This document shows, in pieces, positions 53,801-64,000 of a stretch of 64,000 bases of DNA. This DNA comes from Craspedostauros australis (lineage: Eukaryota): the NCBI GenBank assembly GCA_030167865.1, contig JALAGF010004801.1:62001-126000 (forward strand). The letters are read 5' to 3'. How positions within the stretch are numbered: the stretch's first letter is position 1; every line of letters starts with the position of its first letter. Below the pieces are notes generated by a model. That model saw nothing but the letters and a program-made list of their open reading frames with translations, did not search any database and was not told the DNA's origin. A program made the translations under genes and the position numbers.

Positions 53801-54594
53801 TCCTCCGGTTGAGTTGCGATCAGCGAGTTGTTGGGTATCTTCGCTTTGTTGGTTGTTGGTGATGGTGGTCGGATGGAGATCTTGATGTGCCGAATTCGAT
53901 TGCAGCTCTTGCGTTGGCATCCACGGTCGAGCTTGTCGAGGGTTGCCAAGGTCGTCGTTGTCGTCGATGTTGTCGTGGTTGTCGAGGCCGGCTGGGTCGA
54001 ACCACTCGGTCGTGATTTGTGTGCTCCCTCCGACTTTTGTGATTTTGTGGCGTTTCAGGGTGTGTTTGCGCATTCGATTGATCAGAGCTACTGGATTCAC
54101 ACGATGCAATCGACCAAGCGGATCATGATCGCACTTCATCGCGTCCCATCGCGGCGGCAATTTTGGGCGCGCAAAACGAGCCACACACAAAGAGTACGGG
54201 TGAACCATCCGTAACAACAAAACGTATGAATCCATGTATGTAGAAACTGAGTACGAAAATCACGTAGAAAATGAGACACAACACATCCAATCAATTTCGA
54301 GCTTCCCAGAGAGAGATTTCTGTGGCGCGCAGATTCGTGGTTGAAGTCCAACTGGTCAATGCAGTGTTACTCTCCAGTATTGAGTCGTGATTGCTCATGA
54401 CACAAATGATCACCTTCAGCTCGCTTCGATGGCGCCATTTCCTTGTCGTATCGCCTCCACCACTCCACGAGATGGGCAAACCGTCGCGATCAAGCACCAA
54501 ACTCATAGTGTTTTGCGCGCACTCTCTCTCTCTCTCTCTCTCTAGCATAGTGTCCTCGTGCAATCTCCGCACTTCTCTACAACCTTCACGTTCC

Positions 54595-55713
54595 TCAATC
54601 TGCCGAGGCATTCTTGCTGCGATCCTTCTTGAGCATCTCCAGACGCAGGTTGGTGCCCTCCTCGCCATACACCGTCGACGGCCGGCGTTTCCTCCTTGCC
54701 CTCGTGACGGCGAGCTCCACCTCGCTCATGCTGACAAAGACGCTGTTGGTTTCCGACTTGCGGTACTTCGACACCACGAGCTTGCCATCAATGAGGACCT
54801 CGAACGTGGAGACATCATCGTCACCGTGCTCCGACGTGTCGGCCGGCAGTATCACCTTGTCCAGAATGACGTCCGGGAATTCTTCCTTGATTCTTTTCGC
54901 GACGGTCAGGTAGAACGGCTTGAGGCCGGAACCGGCGCTGTATCGAATGACGACAGGCACTCTCTTTCGCTGAAAATGCCAACATTAATTTGAGGATGGA
55001 TGGTGCAGGATGGAGAGTGCAGCATGGATGAATGGTCGAAACCGTGCGGAGAGGCACGAATGACCCACACATGCGGCACATCGGTGACACAGAAGTAACA
55101 AGTTCGTTGGAAGCGCAAGATCAAAGATACCAGCAGGCCGCAAAGGTGATGACGTGAGATGACACTCGTGGGTTGGAATTCAACAACAGAAGAAAGACAT
55201 TGCAGGTTCAATCAACTAAGCAACATGCAACAAGCGAAGCAATCAGCTGTTCGCACGTGAACACATTCCTTGTTGATTGACCAGGGGTAACCATCGCAAA
55301 AGAAGAAGAATTGCAATCGATGCATGCCAGAATAGAGTACGCAAAGCACAACACCGCATCAACCAGCTATCAATACAAAATACAAGCAGCACTTCACAAT
55401 CACTGTCGCGAAATAGAATCCGTACCTGCATGGTGACGTATTTGGAGAATTTGAGCGCAGGCGCGAAGGTCTCCACCAGCTGATCATCACTTACAAGGAA
55501 CTCTGCGTCCTCCAGCGTTGCTTCGTCTTTGATGATCTCTTGGTACGTTTCACCGTTGACGGCTTCCGCAACTTCCCCCACGGTGCTACTCACGGCGAGC
55601 GCCTTGGCACGGATCTCTTTGCCCATTCCAAATGCTTCCGCCTGATGGCAAAGGAGGGCGACGATGGCCAAGAGTTTCCATCGCCGAAGGTGGAAAGACG
55701 GTGGCGAGGCCAT
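54595..55713 (-). CDS. Plastid-targeted SelW/SelT/SelH (Rdx)-fold protein with redox motif replaced by SxxS; 2 exons (55713-55426, 54969-54595), ~220 aa
   Basis: Exon 2 VVIRYSAGSGLKPFYLTVAKRIKEEFPD...TFEVLIDGKLVVSK parallels SelW VRVVYCGAUGYK.KYL.LKKKLEDEFP...FEV.V.GKLIHSK. Exon 1 has a signal peptide with AEA-FGM cleavage. Intron GTACGG...TTTCAG is phase 0. Confidence 0.75.
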
Positions 55714-56347
55714 TGTGGTTTGTGATGTTGGGAGAGTATCTGCGTCTGTATGAGGATGAGTAGTATGGCTGCTTTTGGAGCACTTGCACACTTTTCTGTC
55801 TTGGCTTCTCGTTCTATGTATTGCCTCTGCTCTGCTCTTGATGCTCTTGCGTCTTGCTGGTGCAGATAGGTTCGCATGCACGAGGATGGTGCTCGGAATT
55901 GTGCGTTAGTCAGACTTGATTGCGCTCGACGCAGTCTTCCGGTGTTGCTGTTGTTGTGGATGTTGTTGTGGATGCTGCAGTGCCCATTCCGTCTCCAGAG
56001 TGAGTGCGTGTGAATGCTCTTTGTGGACAGAGGACATCAATGAGGCTGATGCCGACGCTGGAGATGACGTTGTTGTCGGTGGTTCTGGCGAATTGCCTCG
56101 TTGGTGTTGTTCTGTTGTTCGATTTCCGAGTTTCAGACCCGAGTTCGTTTTTGTGGCGGGACCCAATGACGGTCAGACAGCCGACAGTGTTCATTCCATC
56201 GCAAACAACAATGATGGCGCCAAAAGGCCAACGTCCAAGATCCTCGACGCTCATGCTACCACTCTGCACAACTCCGCATTCTACTCAAATCTATTTTATT
56301 ATCCTGCTCCTATTCCTTGTATTCCTTGTTTCCACCACTCTCTACGA

Positions 56348-57409
56348 CTATGGTGTACTCAGACCATCCATCGTGACGCCCTGATGACAGGTGGCCGCCA
56401 AACCTCCTCTTGATTGTTTGTTTGGCTGGAGCATCCACACGTCCACACTCTCCTTGCTGCGAGAATTGCGGAATCCGTTTCGCATCGTGTTCGCTTTTAG
56501 TTCGTTCAGCATGATCTGCGCGAGAAAGTATGACCATTCGATTTGCTTGGAAGTGTCACCATTGGCGATACCCATCTGACGTCGCTGTTGTTTGTTTCGC
56601 TGTTGCCTTTGCAAATCAAGTTCTTGATCCACCCTTTTGGTGATCTCGGATCGTCCATTCCCTGCCACGCAGTACACGTCGCACTCTTCCACAATCCCAC
56701 CTGGATCAGTGTTGAAGATTCTGGGTTTATCCATTCTGTCTGCGACTTTCACAGATTGCGCCTGTGCTGTTGATGATGATGACGCCGCCTGCGATGGTGA
56801 TGACGACGATGATTCATCCACCAGCTCATCGGAAGAGGCAGCACTAGGATGAACAGCAGTGTCAACACTCTCACCTGCATCCTCTTCGTAGCACGGATCC
56901 ATTCCGACAAGGATCGCCGTACACCCCAGCGGCCTCGCCCCTGCCGTTCTCGTCAACTCGTGCTGGAGATCGGCAGCCATCTTGGCAGCTTGCTCGACCG
57001 TGGGCACCTCACCGCACGAAAGCCGCGCACTCTGACACTTCACGCGCACTGCGTTGGCCAGAGCACGTCCATCCCCGCCCAACCCAGCCGTGATCATCCA
57101 CAGATGGTGATCGATGCGATGGATCTTGCCGAACGAGCTGGGGACGACGATGCAGACGGCGCCGTCCGGATCCACAGCGACAATGGCGGGAGATCCGCGC
57201 GACGATGCCTCCATTCCGTACTCCACCTGCGCCAGACGTCCATCCTCCGCAAAAGTGCTGATGGATCGGTCATATCGCGGGGTGCCGCCCGCGCCCATTC
57301 GCACTACCACGCGTCGACGAGAATGGGCGGCGGAGACGACGCGTGCTTGGCACAGCAGCGCGAACGTCAATAGTTGCACTAACAGTGGAAGCCGGCGTCG
57401 TAGCTGCAT
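56348..57409 (-). CDS. Divergent 20S proteasome alpha-type subunit with N-terminal signal peptide (likely periplastid-compartment, symbiont-derived), ~353 aa
   Basis: YDRSISTFAEDGRLAQVEYG alpha signature, KIHRIDHHL...AGLGGDGRAL, and GARPLGC. It is preceded by MQLRRRLPLLVQLLTFALLCQARVVSA plus a basic linker without +1 Phe. Confidence 0.8.
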   Translation of the reverse strand: MQLRRRLPLLVQLLTFALLCQARVVSAAHSRRRVVVRMGAGGTPRYDRSISTFAEDGRLAQVEYGMEASSRGSPAIVAVDPDGAVCIVVPSSFGKIHRIDHHLWMITAGLGGDGRALANAVRVKCQSARLSCGEVPTVEQAAKMAADLQHELTRTAGARPLGCTAILVGMDPCYEEDAGESVDTAVHPSAASSDELVDESSSSSPSQAASSSSTAQAQSVKVADRMDKPRIFNTDPGGIVEECDVYCVAGNGRSEITKRVDQELDLQRQQRNKQQRRQMGIANGDTSKQIEWSYFLAQIMLNELKANTMRNGFRNSRSKESVDVWMLQPNKQSRGGLAATCHQGVTMDGLSTP

Positions 57410-59917
57410 GTTGACGTTGTTGTTGTTGTTGTTGATGTTGATGTTGATATTGATTCCGGTGCGCTTTGATGTGGAGTCATGTGATGCGTTCCAATGTGAT
57501 GTGGATCTTTGTGTCTGCAACAACGGTTTGGTGCAAAGATCGGTTGCGTTTGGTGGGAGAGATGTGATTTCTGTCACGTTGTCACATTGCGGACACGATA
57601 CGCCTCATCTAATTACGCTTCGCGCATGTGCTGACAGAATAACATGCAAATCAGAAGTTCACAAGAGGTAGATATGTCACCGAAGGCGAAAGCAGTTTTC
57701 TGTGGCTTTCCAATCCGTTCTCCAATCCTCTCTGGTTCGTTGCGCCGCGCTAGCCTGTCCACGATTAAATTGCGTGTGTGTTGCGCAACGTGGTAATAAA
57801 TTTCAGCCACTTCAAACCGTTCGTGGCAACTCTGCAAGTCTACCGGGATTTGTTGATTGCTGGAGAGACAGAGAGATGGAGATAGAGAGACTTCACTCGC
57901 TGGAAGTGAAGCAATAAAGACAATGCAAGAGAGGCAGCAAATAAAGTATATTGTTGTCATGGCTGTAGCAGTTCCAAGTCCTTTGACCGCGATGCGCACT
58001 ACTATACTATGGAGAGTAAGGTCAGATCAGTTGTGAATCAACCTCTATCCGACTTTGGCCGGAGCACGTGGAGGTCATTCCAATACTCTCATGTGCGTGT
58101 CCATTTCGAAACCAGCCACGTCTGCGATCCGCGAATGGCCAACAGAAAATGAAGGAGTGAAGCGTGGGTACTCAACGGCCGCATTGTTGTTATCGGCACG
58201 AGCATCTCTTTTGAAGCCACATGCCGAAAAAGTAGGTCGAAGATTGTGCAAAGCCCACCGGAATGGTGCTACACTTGGATTGATGGAGATGTTATCAATG
58301 CTTCAATCAATAGTGCCGCAAGCATCATGCACCACCCAACTTGTTGTTGCTTAAGTTCGAGTTCGCCGCCGAGTTGTTGCTTCGAACCACATCTCTCTCT
58401 AGATAGATCCGACCAGGCTATCTACGACAATGTTTGCTTTTGTGCTGTTGGCGCACGCCAGCAAGGCAAGACCAGCGCGCAGGCATGGATTTTACATCCG
58501 TTGAAACAAGATCCCACGCGTCGGTTGATAAGTCCGTGAGTTAAATATCGGGTGGTCAACCGCCAAGTGTCGGTTGAAGCGTCTAACTAATTTAGTACAT
58601 AGGGGCGCCGTGGCGCTCTTTTCGGCAAGTTGGACAGTGAAGAGCACCAACCAAGGTCCGCATGGACATTGTACGGCAGCAACGTCGTTTGCGGTCGCCA
58701 CGGGAAAGAATCGGGATGGAGCGTTCCACACAAACGATGGCGACCTCCGCTCTTCCTTTGCCACACATCTCACATCGAACAACCACTGTGCAGAGACGGG
58801 AGACAGCCACCAACACGACACCAACAAGGAGAGCACCAACGAAGGCCACAAAATAGACTGCTTGATTCATCCATCCGACCATCCATTCGTCGTTGCAATT
58901 GACTGCTGAAAGGCCGTGAAAGACAGAAGGAAACGGCAGCACTTGCATTGAGACAGAGAGGAGCAGGGGTACGACTGCGAACATTGATCGAAGGAGCATG
59001 ACAGGTAAGGCAATTCAATGCAACGCAAAGGGACGCACAGAGGCAACAACACGGGCTGATTCGAGGCACCGGCGATGATAATTGCATGGGAGCACGATGC
59101 CAACAGCACGGACAACAACAAGGACAATCACAGAAACGGCGACGACGTTGCTAAAAACGGAGACGGCGACAATGAGAAGGGGCCATTTCGGCGGCATCCA
59201 TTCCGCATCATGAACCCGAAACGGTCCGCGTCAGGCATCCATCAACGCAACAAGCACAATTCACCCTGGAGCCTCACATGACGACAGCGTCGACATGAGG
59301 TGACAACACCCGAGAGATGCATCTCTCCCGACACGACGAAATTCCAGGAGAGACAAGGCGAACAATTCCTCGTGCGATCACATCCGAACACCTCGAATTT
59401 TTGTGATGGAGACTTGGCGCCCACAATCAATTCCGAAAGTATCATCCAGAAATTTATCGGCCACCGCTCTCGGAACAACAGGGGAGGAACAGAAAGAGTC
59501 TCCCGTCGATGTGATTGTGCCTCTCCGCAAGGCCAACGGTCCGAAGCCAAGCAACAAGGCGAGATGCCAGTTAGTCTTGCTTTCGAACATCACCCTTCGT
59601 TGATCACCGGAAAGAAGAGAAGAGGATGTCTCCAACGCGAAAGAAGGCATCAAGCAAAGCCAAACCGTTCTTGAATTCCGCATCAGCGACAACAACCAAG
59701 AGAGACGACGAAGCCCTGCGTTACGATCGCCCAGATCAACCTGATGCTTGTACCAATACTCACTCGTTCTCTGTTCTCCTCCTCGCCACCATCTCTGGGT
59801 CCGTTACACATCGACCACGACTGCTCTCAATCCCCACACTCGCGATCATCCATACTCGCACCCCACAACCACAACCCATGAACGCGACTGGACAACTTCG
59901 CTGACGATCATCTCTGG

Positions 59918-61697
59918 ATGCGAACTGACACAACCTGCGCCTCTGCAACTCTGGCGTCATCAACTGCTCCTGGCTTCCCCCGTCCTCTGTCCACTTCCAC
60001 CTTGGGAACTTTAACTGTCGCCACCGAATCGCATGATCAAACTCGCACCACACTCGAACAACGACAACCGACAGGCATCGAACCAATCCGCATCCAGCAG
60101 CAGCCGCAGCAGCATTCACAGCAGAACAGCAGGTCGGTCCGAGTGGCATACCGCGAGGCGGGACCATTGCAGGACACATCGGCGTCAGCACTGTCGCAAC
60201 CAAAGGACGTGAGGATCATCAAAGTGCGAAAGTCGCCTTCCAGACGGCACCGCGTCCACCCCGCCGCGGTCTCGGCACGCGGTCAGCAGCGCGCGCAGAG
60301 TCGTCGACAGATGGACGGAAGAAGCAATGGCGTCGAGCAACCAAAGAGTCGTCGCAACAGCAAAACGAGGGGCTTGAGAGTTGAGACATGCCCGGCTCCT
60401 CAAGACGAACGTGCGCAGTCGCAGACACCGCGTTCGGATCTCACCACAACACCGAGGACGCCAGCCAATGTGAGGGGATCGTCTGATCTGCGCTCTCCGG
60501 GCGCCAACAAGACACCCGTCGCCATGGCAGCGAACCTTCCAGCCAACAACACCGCCATTCCGGATTTCATCACGCAGACGGACGCGAACGGAAATGCTAC
60601 CACGCCACGCTCTGCAGGTGCGATCCAGAAGGCTGGAGGAAAGCAGGCTGGCCATCCAACATACGGCGCCACACGTCTCCCAGGAGATGAGGGCAACAAC
60701 GGTGGTGGAATGTCACCATCTGGGAACGGCGGCGATGGATTGCCAGCCACAGGCAACGACGCATGCGACAGTCTCTTGGAGAGCTTCCGCATGATGTGTT
60801 GCTGTCTGGTGCCGGACTCTGTGATCAATAGCCATTCGCATGTCATCAAGGAAGCACCGACGCATGACAGCTCCGTTAGCGGGCAGATGGAGCGCCCCGC
60901 CCTCCTTGGACCAATCCACCCAGACGACAAGGGGAAAAAGTGTCTGGTGTTGGATTTGGATGAAACTTTGGTTCATTCCAGCTTCCGTGCAGTCCCCGGA
61001 GCTGACTTTGTCATTCCTGTTCAGGTACGTTCTTTCCAATTGATGCACATACTTGGACATGCGAGTGTGGAATCAGCCATCGACTTGTTTTGCACTTGGT
61101 ACACTGCTTGTCGAAGCTTTCTGATGCATCACATGTCGGACGCTGTGTGACACGCACATACGCACATACTTTATCACCAGTCATTCATCTTACACGCATT
61201 CTTTTGTTCCTTCGTTTTTGGCAACCCACTCATCACATACACATGATGCATTACAGATCGAAGATGTTGTTCACTTCGTCTACGTCATGAAGAGACCAGG
61301 CGTCGACGAGTTCCTGGTCGAGATGGCGAAGCATTACGAGATCGTCATCTACACCGCCAGTCTCAACAAGTACGCTGATCCCCTGTTGGATTTGCTCGAC
61401 CCGCACAAGACCATCCGAGCGAGACTCTTCCGCGAATCCTGCGTCTTCTACGAGGGCAACTACGTCAAGGACCTCAACCTCATCGGCCGCGACCTCACGC
61501 AATCCATCATCATTGACAATTCCCCCAACTCCTACCTCTTCCATCCGGACAACGCCATTGACTGCTCCTCCTTCATCGACGATCCGAGAGACAGGGAGCT
61601 CGATCAGATCGGAGGATTCCTCAAAGACATTAAGGATATCAAGGACGTCCGCGGGCGCTGCCATGAATGGAAGCAATGGCCAGCAGGCGACAGATGA
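59918..61697 (+). CDS. SCP/CTDSP (NIF/FCP1-type HAD) phosphatase; 2 exons (59918-61024, 61257-61697), ~515 aa
   Basis: KKCLVLDLDETLVHSSF | ...VYVMKRPGVDEFL...YTASLNKYADPLLDLLD...RLFRESC...YVKDL...IIIDNSP. Intron GTACGT...TTACAG. MMCCCL cluster upstream of the catalytic domain. The start codon is uncertain. Confidence 0.92.
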
Positions 61698-62107
61698 TGA
61701 CTGGCCAGGAGCGCCAACATCTCCAGTCGCTCAAGGGGAAAGACAGCGTAACATGCGACAGACACACCGCGAAATATACTGCAACGAGTACAGCAGCAGA
61801 GATGAGACACTCTGGCAGACTCTGCTCGATGCAACAACCAATTGAAATGCAATAATAAGTGATGCGACAACGTAAAACTAAACACCGTGAAGACAATGTG
61901 ATAGATACTCATACTCTGGCACAGATCGTTTCCGGTGTCTGCCTTGGAGAGTGTACACATGTTCGTGCGTGCATTTGGGCACAGCGGAGCAAGTGTTTTC
62001 AGTGGATTAATTCATCCGATTCCCTATTGCTTAATTGTGTAAAGTTACTGACGTGGAGTAGACCGTCACGGACTACACTACCATGGTACCAGCGTGTGCA
62101 GACTAGC

Positions 62108-63161
62108 TCATTTCTTCATAGACTTTACGTTGATCTTCTTCTTGATGCGGGCGCCGTTGGTTGCACCCTTCTTGAGTGCAGCTGCCTGCTTCAATATCTC
62201 GTCACTCTCCTTCTCCTCCGTTGTCTTTTTCTTTTTGCGTCGGCATCCCAGAAGGTAGAGCGGGATGGACAAGATACCGAGCGGCAGCGTGATGAACACC
62301 CACCAGAGGGTGCGGAAGATGAATCTGCGGAAGATGATCGCCAGCACGAGGGCCACGACCTGAAGTGCGGTGATTGTGGATTCGCGTGGCTTCTTGCAGA
62401 TATTCTGCCATGTGCCGACGAAGGACTTCGAGAGCTGAAAGTCCTGCTTCTTGGCAAGGTTCTGGGTGGTCTTCAGCACCTTGGGGCACTGCTCGCCGAA
62501 GGTTTGGACGAGTCCATCGAATTCGGCATTGACGAAATCCTTGACCGCGATCCAGACCTCGGCAACCTTGTTGTTGGTCTTCTCCAGCGCCGGGATGGCA
62601 TACTCTCGGTTGTACTGATCGCCCAGGACGGCCGCCTTGCTCACCACGGGCGCAGCGTACTGATCGTAGTGCGGCTTGACGTAGGCATTGTAGTGCGGCT
62701 CGATGTTCTCCCTGAGGATCTTCTTCGACTTTTCGATGTGCGGCGAGGCCGTCTTGACGGTAACGTCGTAGGCCTGCTTGGCCTGTTCCTGTGCCGTCTT
62801 GGCAGCAGCGGAGAGCTTGACGGTTGCCTGTTCCGATGCCACGTAGGCAGTAGCGATGACGTCCTCTCCCATGTGCGTCATGTTGCAGTACGATCGCTTT
62901 GCGTGCGTCGCCTCCCAAGTTTCAATTTCCTATTTGTATTGGTATTGGCATTGGCATTTGTACGAGGGAATAGCATAGTTTCAGAGTCGTTGTCATGGTT
63001 AGATGCATGGAGCAAATGCAGAAACGGCGGCATTGGCAGGGATAGCAGGAGTGAGTGAGTTGACGAATCGTTGGGCATCGTTTTGTGCAAATTCATCACA
63101 AACAACCACCCGCCCGGTCAGCCACCGGGCCAGTTGTCGGATCCGTCGTTCGTTGGTCTCC

Positions 63162-63201
<40 letters not shown>

Positions 63202-64000
63202 ACCTCTTTCATCCGCCCAATTCTCTCTTCGAGCAACTGGCGCATGCGCTTGAGCTTTTTGTAGTCCTCGTTGATAGTTTCAAGCTTGTTCTGGCGCAAC
63301 TTGAGCTCCGCGAAGGCTTCGTCCTTGAACTTTTCAAACTGGGCCTCAATATCCGCAACGGCTTTGGCCTTTTCAAGCTTGGCATCCTTGGCGGCGCGTT
63401 CCATCTCCTTCTGCAGTTCGACGATGGAGGCGTTGTGTGATTTGGTCAGGGCATCGATCTTGGTGGAATACGATTTGACCTGATCCTCGATCTTTTCGCC
63501 CATCTTGGACTCGAGGTCTGCGATCTTTTTCTCCAGGTCCTTGACGGCGTCATCGTGGTCATCATTGAGTTTGACGATGGTGGCGTTGTGATCCTGCTTG
63601 AGCTGGTCCGCGTCGCGGTCCTTCTTCTCCAAGTCCTTCACGTGCTTGGCCTTTAGATCCGCAATGTCTTCGTCTTTCTCATCCAGGTCGTCCTTGTGCG
63701 CCTTCTTGAGATCGGCAATGTCGGTATCCTTCCTTTGCAGCTGCTTCTTGTAAGCCTCCTTAATTTCCTCAATGTCCTCATCCTTGTTCTCCAAATCCTT
63801 GACGTGGGACGCCTTGAGGGCCTCGATGGCCTCATCCTTGCGCTCGAGGTCCATCTTGTGACTTTCCACAACGGCCTCGATGTGCTCCTCATGTGCCTTC
63901 TGCAGAGCAGCCGAGGAGCTGTCCTTAGTGACGAGATCCTTGGCGTGCTCATCCTTGAGATCAACGATGAGCTGCTCGTGGTTCTCCTTGAGAAGGTTGC
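62108..64000 (-). CDS. Long coiled-coil protein with C-terminal transmembrane/hydrophobic hairpin and basic tail, 5'-truncated by the window; exons >64000-63204 and 62929-62108
   Basis: The frame stays open to the window edge with K/D/E-rich helical repeats. Intron GTATGA...AAATAG (63203-62930) joins in phase 0. C-terminal LQVVALVLAIIFRRFIFRTLWWVFITLPLGILSIPLYLLG is followed by RRKKKK. Confidence 0.8.
63164..63201 (+). repeat. Microsatellite (AATC)n at the 5' end of an intron
   Basis: About 9 aatc units immediately after the donor site. Confidence 0.9.

Noticed and set aside
57600-59900. Short ORFs between the proteasome-like gene and the phosphatase (e.g. 59300..59674)
   Set aside because: No recognisable protein features. 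Consistent with promoter or long 5' UTR, although an extra upstream phosphatase exon cannot be excluded.
1-64000. tRNA, rRNA, transposase/reverse transcriptase or telomeric repeats
   Set aside because: None recognised by eye. TTCGA-type motifs fall inside CDSs or lack cloverleaf context. A tRNAscan/Rfam/RepeatMasker run would be needed to exclude them fully.

Overview
Gene-dense, intron-containing eukaryotic nuclear DNA, almost certainly from a diatom or related ochrophyte. The evidence is bipartite signal+transit presequences, a DUF6824-type repeat protein, a signal-peptide-bearing proteasome alpha subunit, RXL pro-peptides and GT-AG introns of about 210-460 nt. About 18 protein-coding genes can be built by hand, seven of them spliced. 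Well-supported genes: cytosolic homomeric acetyl-CoA carboxylase (3 exons), Sec23, a Nup153/Nup1-like FG nucleoporin with RanBP2 zinc fingers, a myristoylated CaMK-family kinase (4 exons), an AAAP/SLC36-type amino-acid transporter, an SCP/NIF (DxDxT) phosphatase and a BTB/POZ protein. The most interesting items are: (i) a tandem pair of secreted, probably GPI-anchored proteins, each with two 18-Cys modules and two bacterial-like (DUF6174-type) domains, with the Cys modules in swapped order between the paralogs; (ii) a plastid-targeted SelW/Rdx-fold protein whose CxxU redox motif reads SxxS; (iii) a divergent, probably periplastidal proteasome alpha subunit; (iv) a secreted or plastid hemerythrin-like protein lacking most iron ligands; (v) two very large disordered single-exon proteins. 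I found no rRNA, tRNA, CRISPR array or intact mobile element. All family calls come from motif recognition by eye, not database searches.
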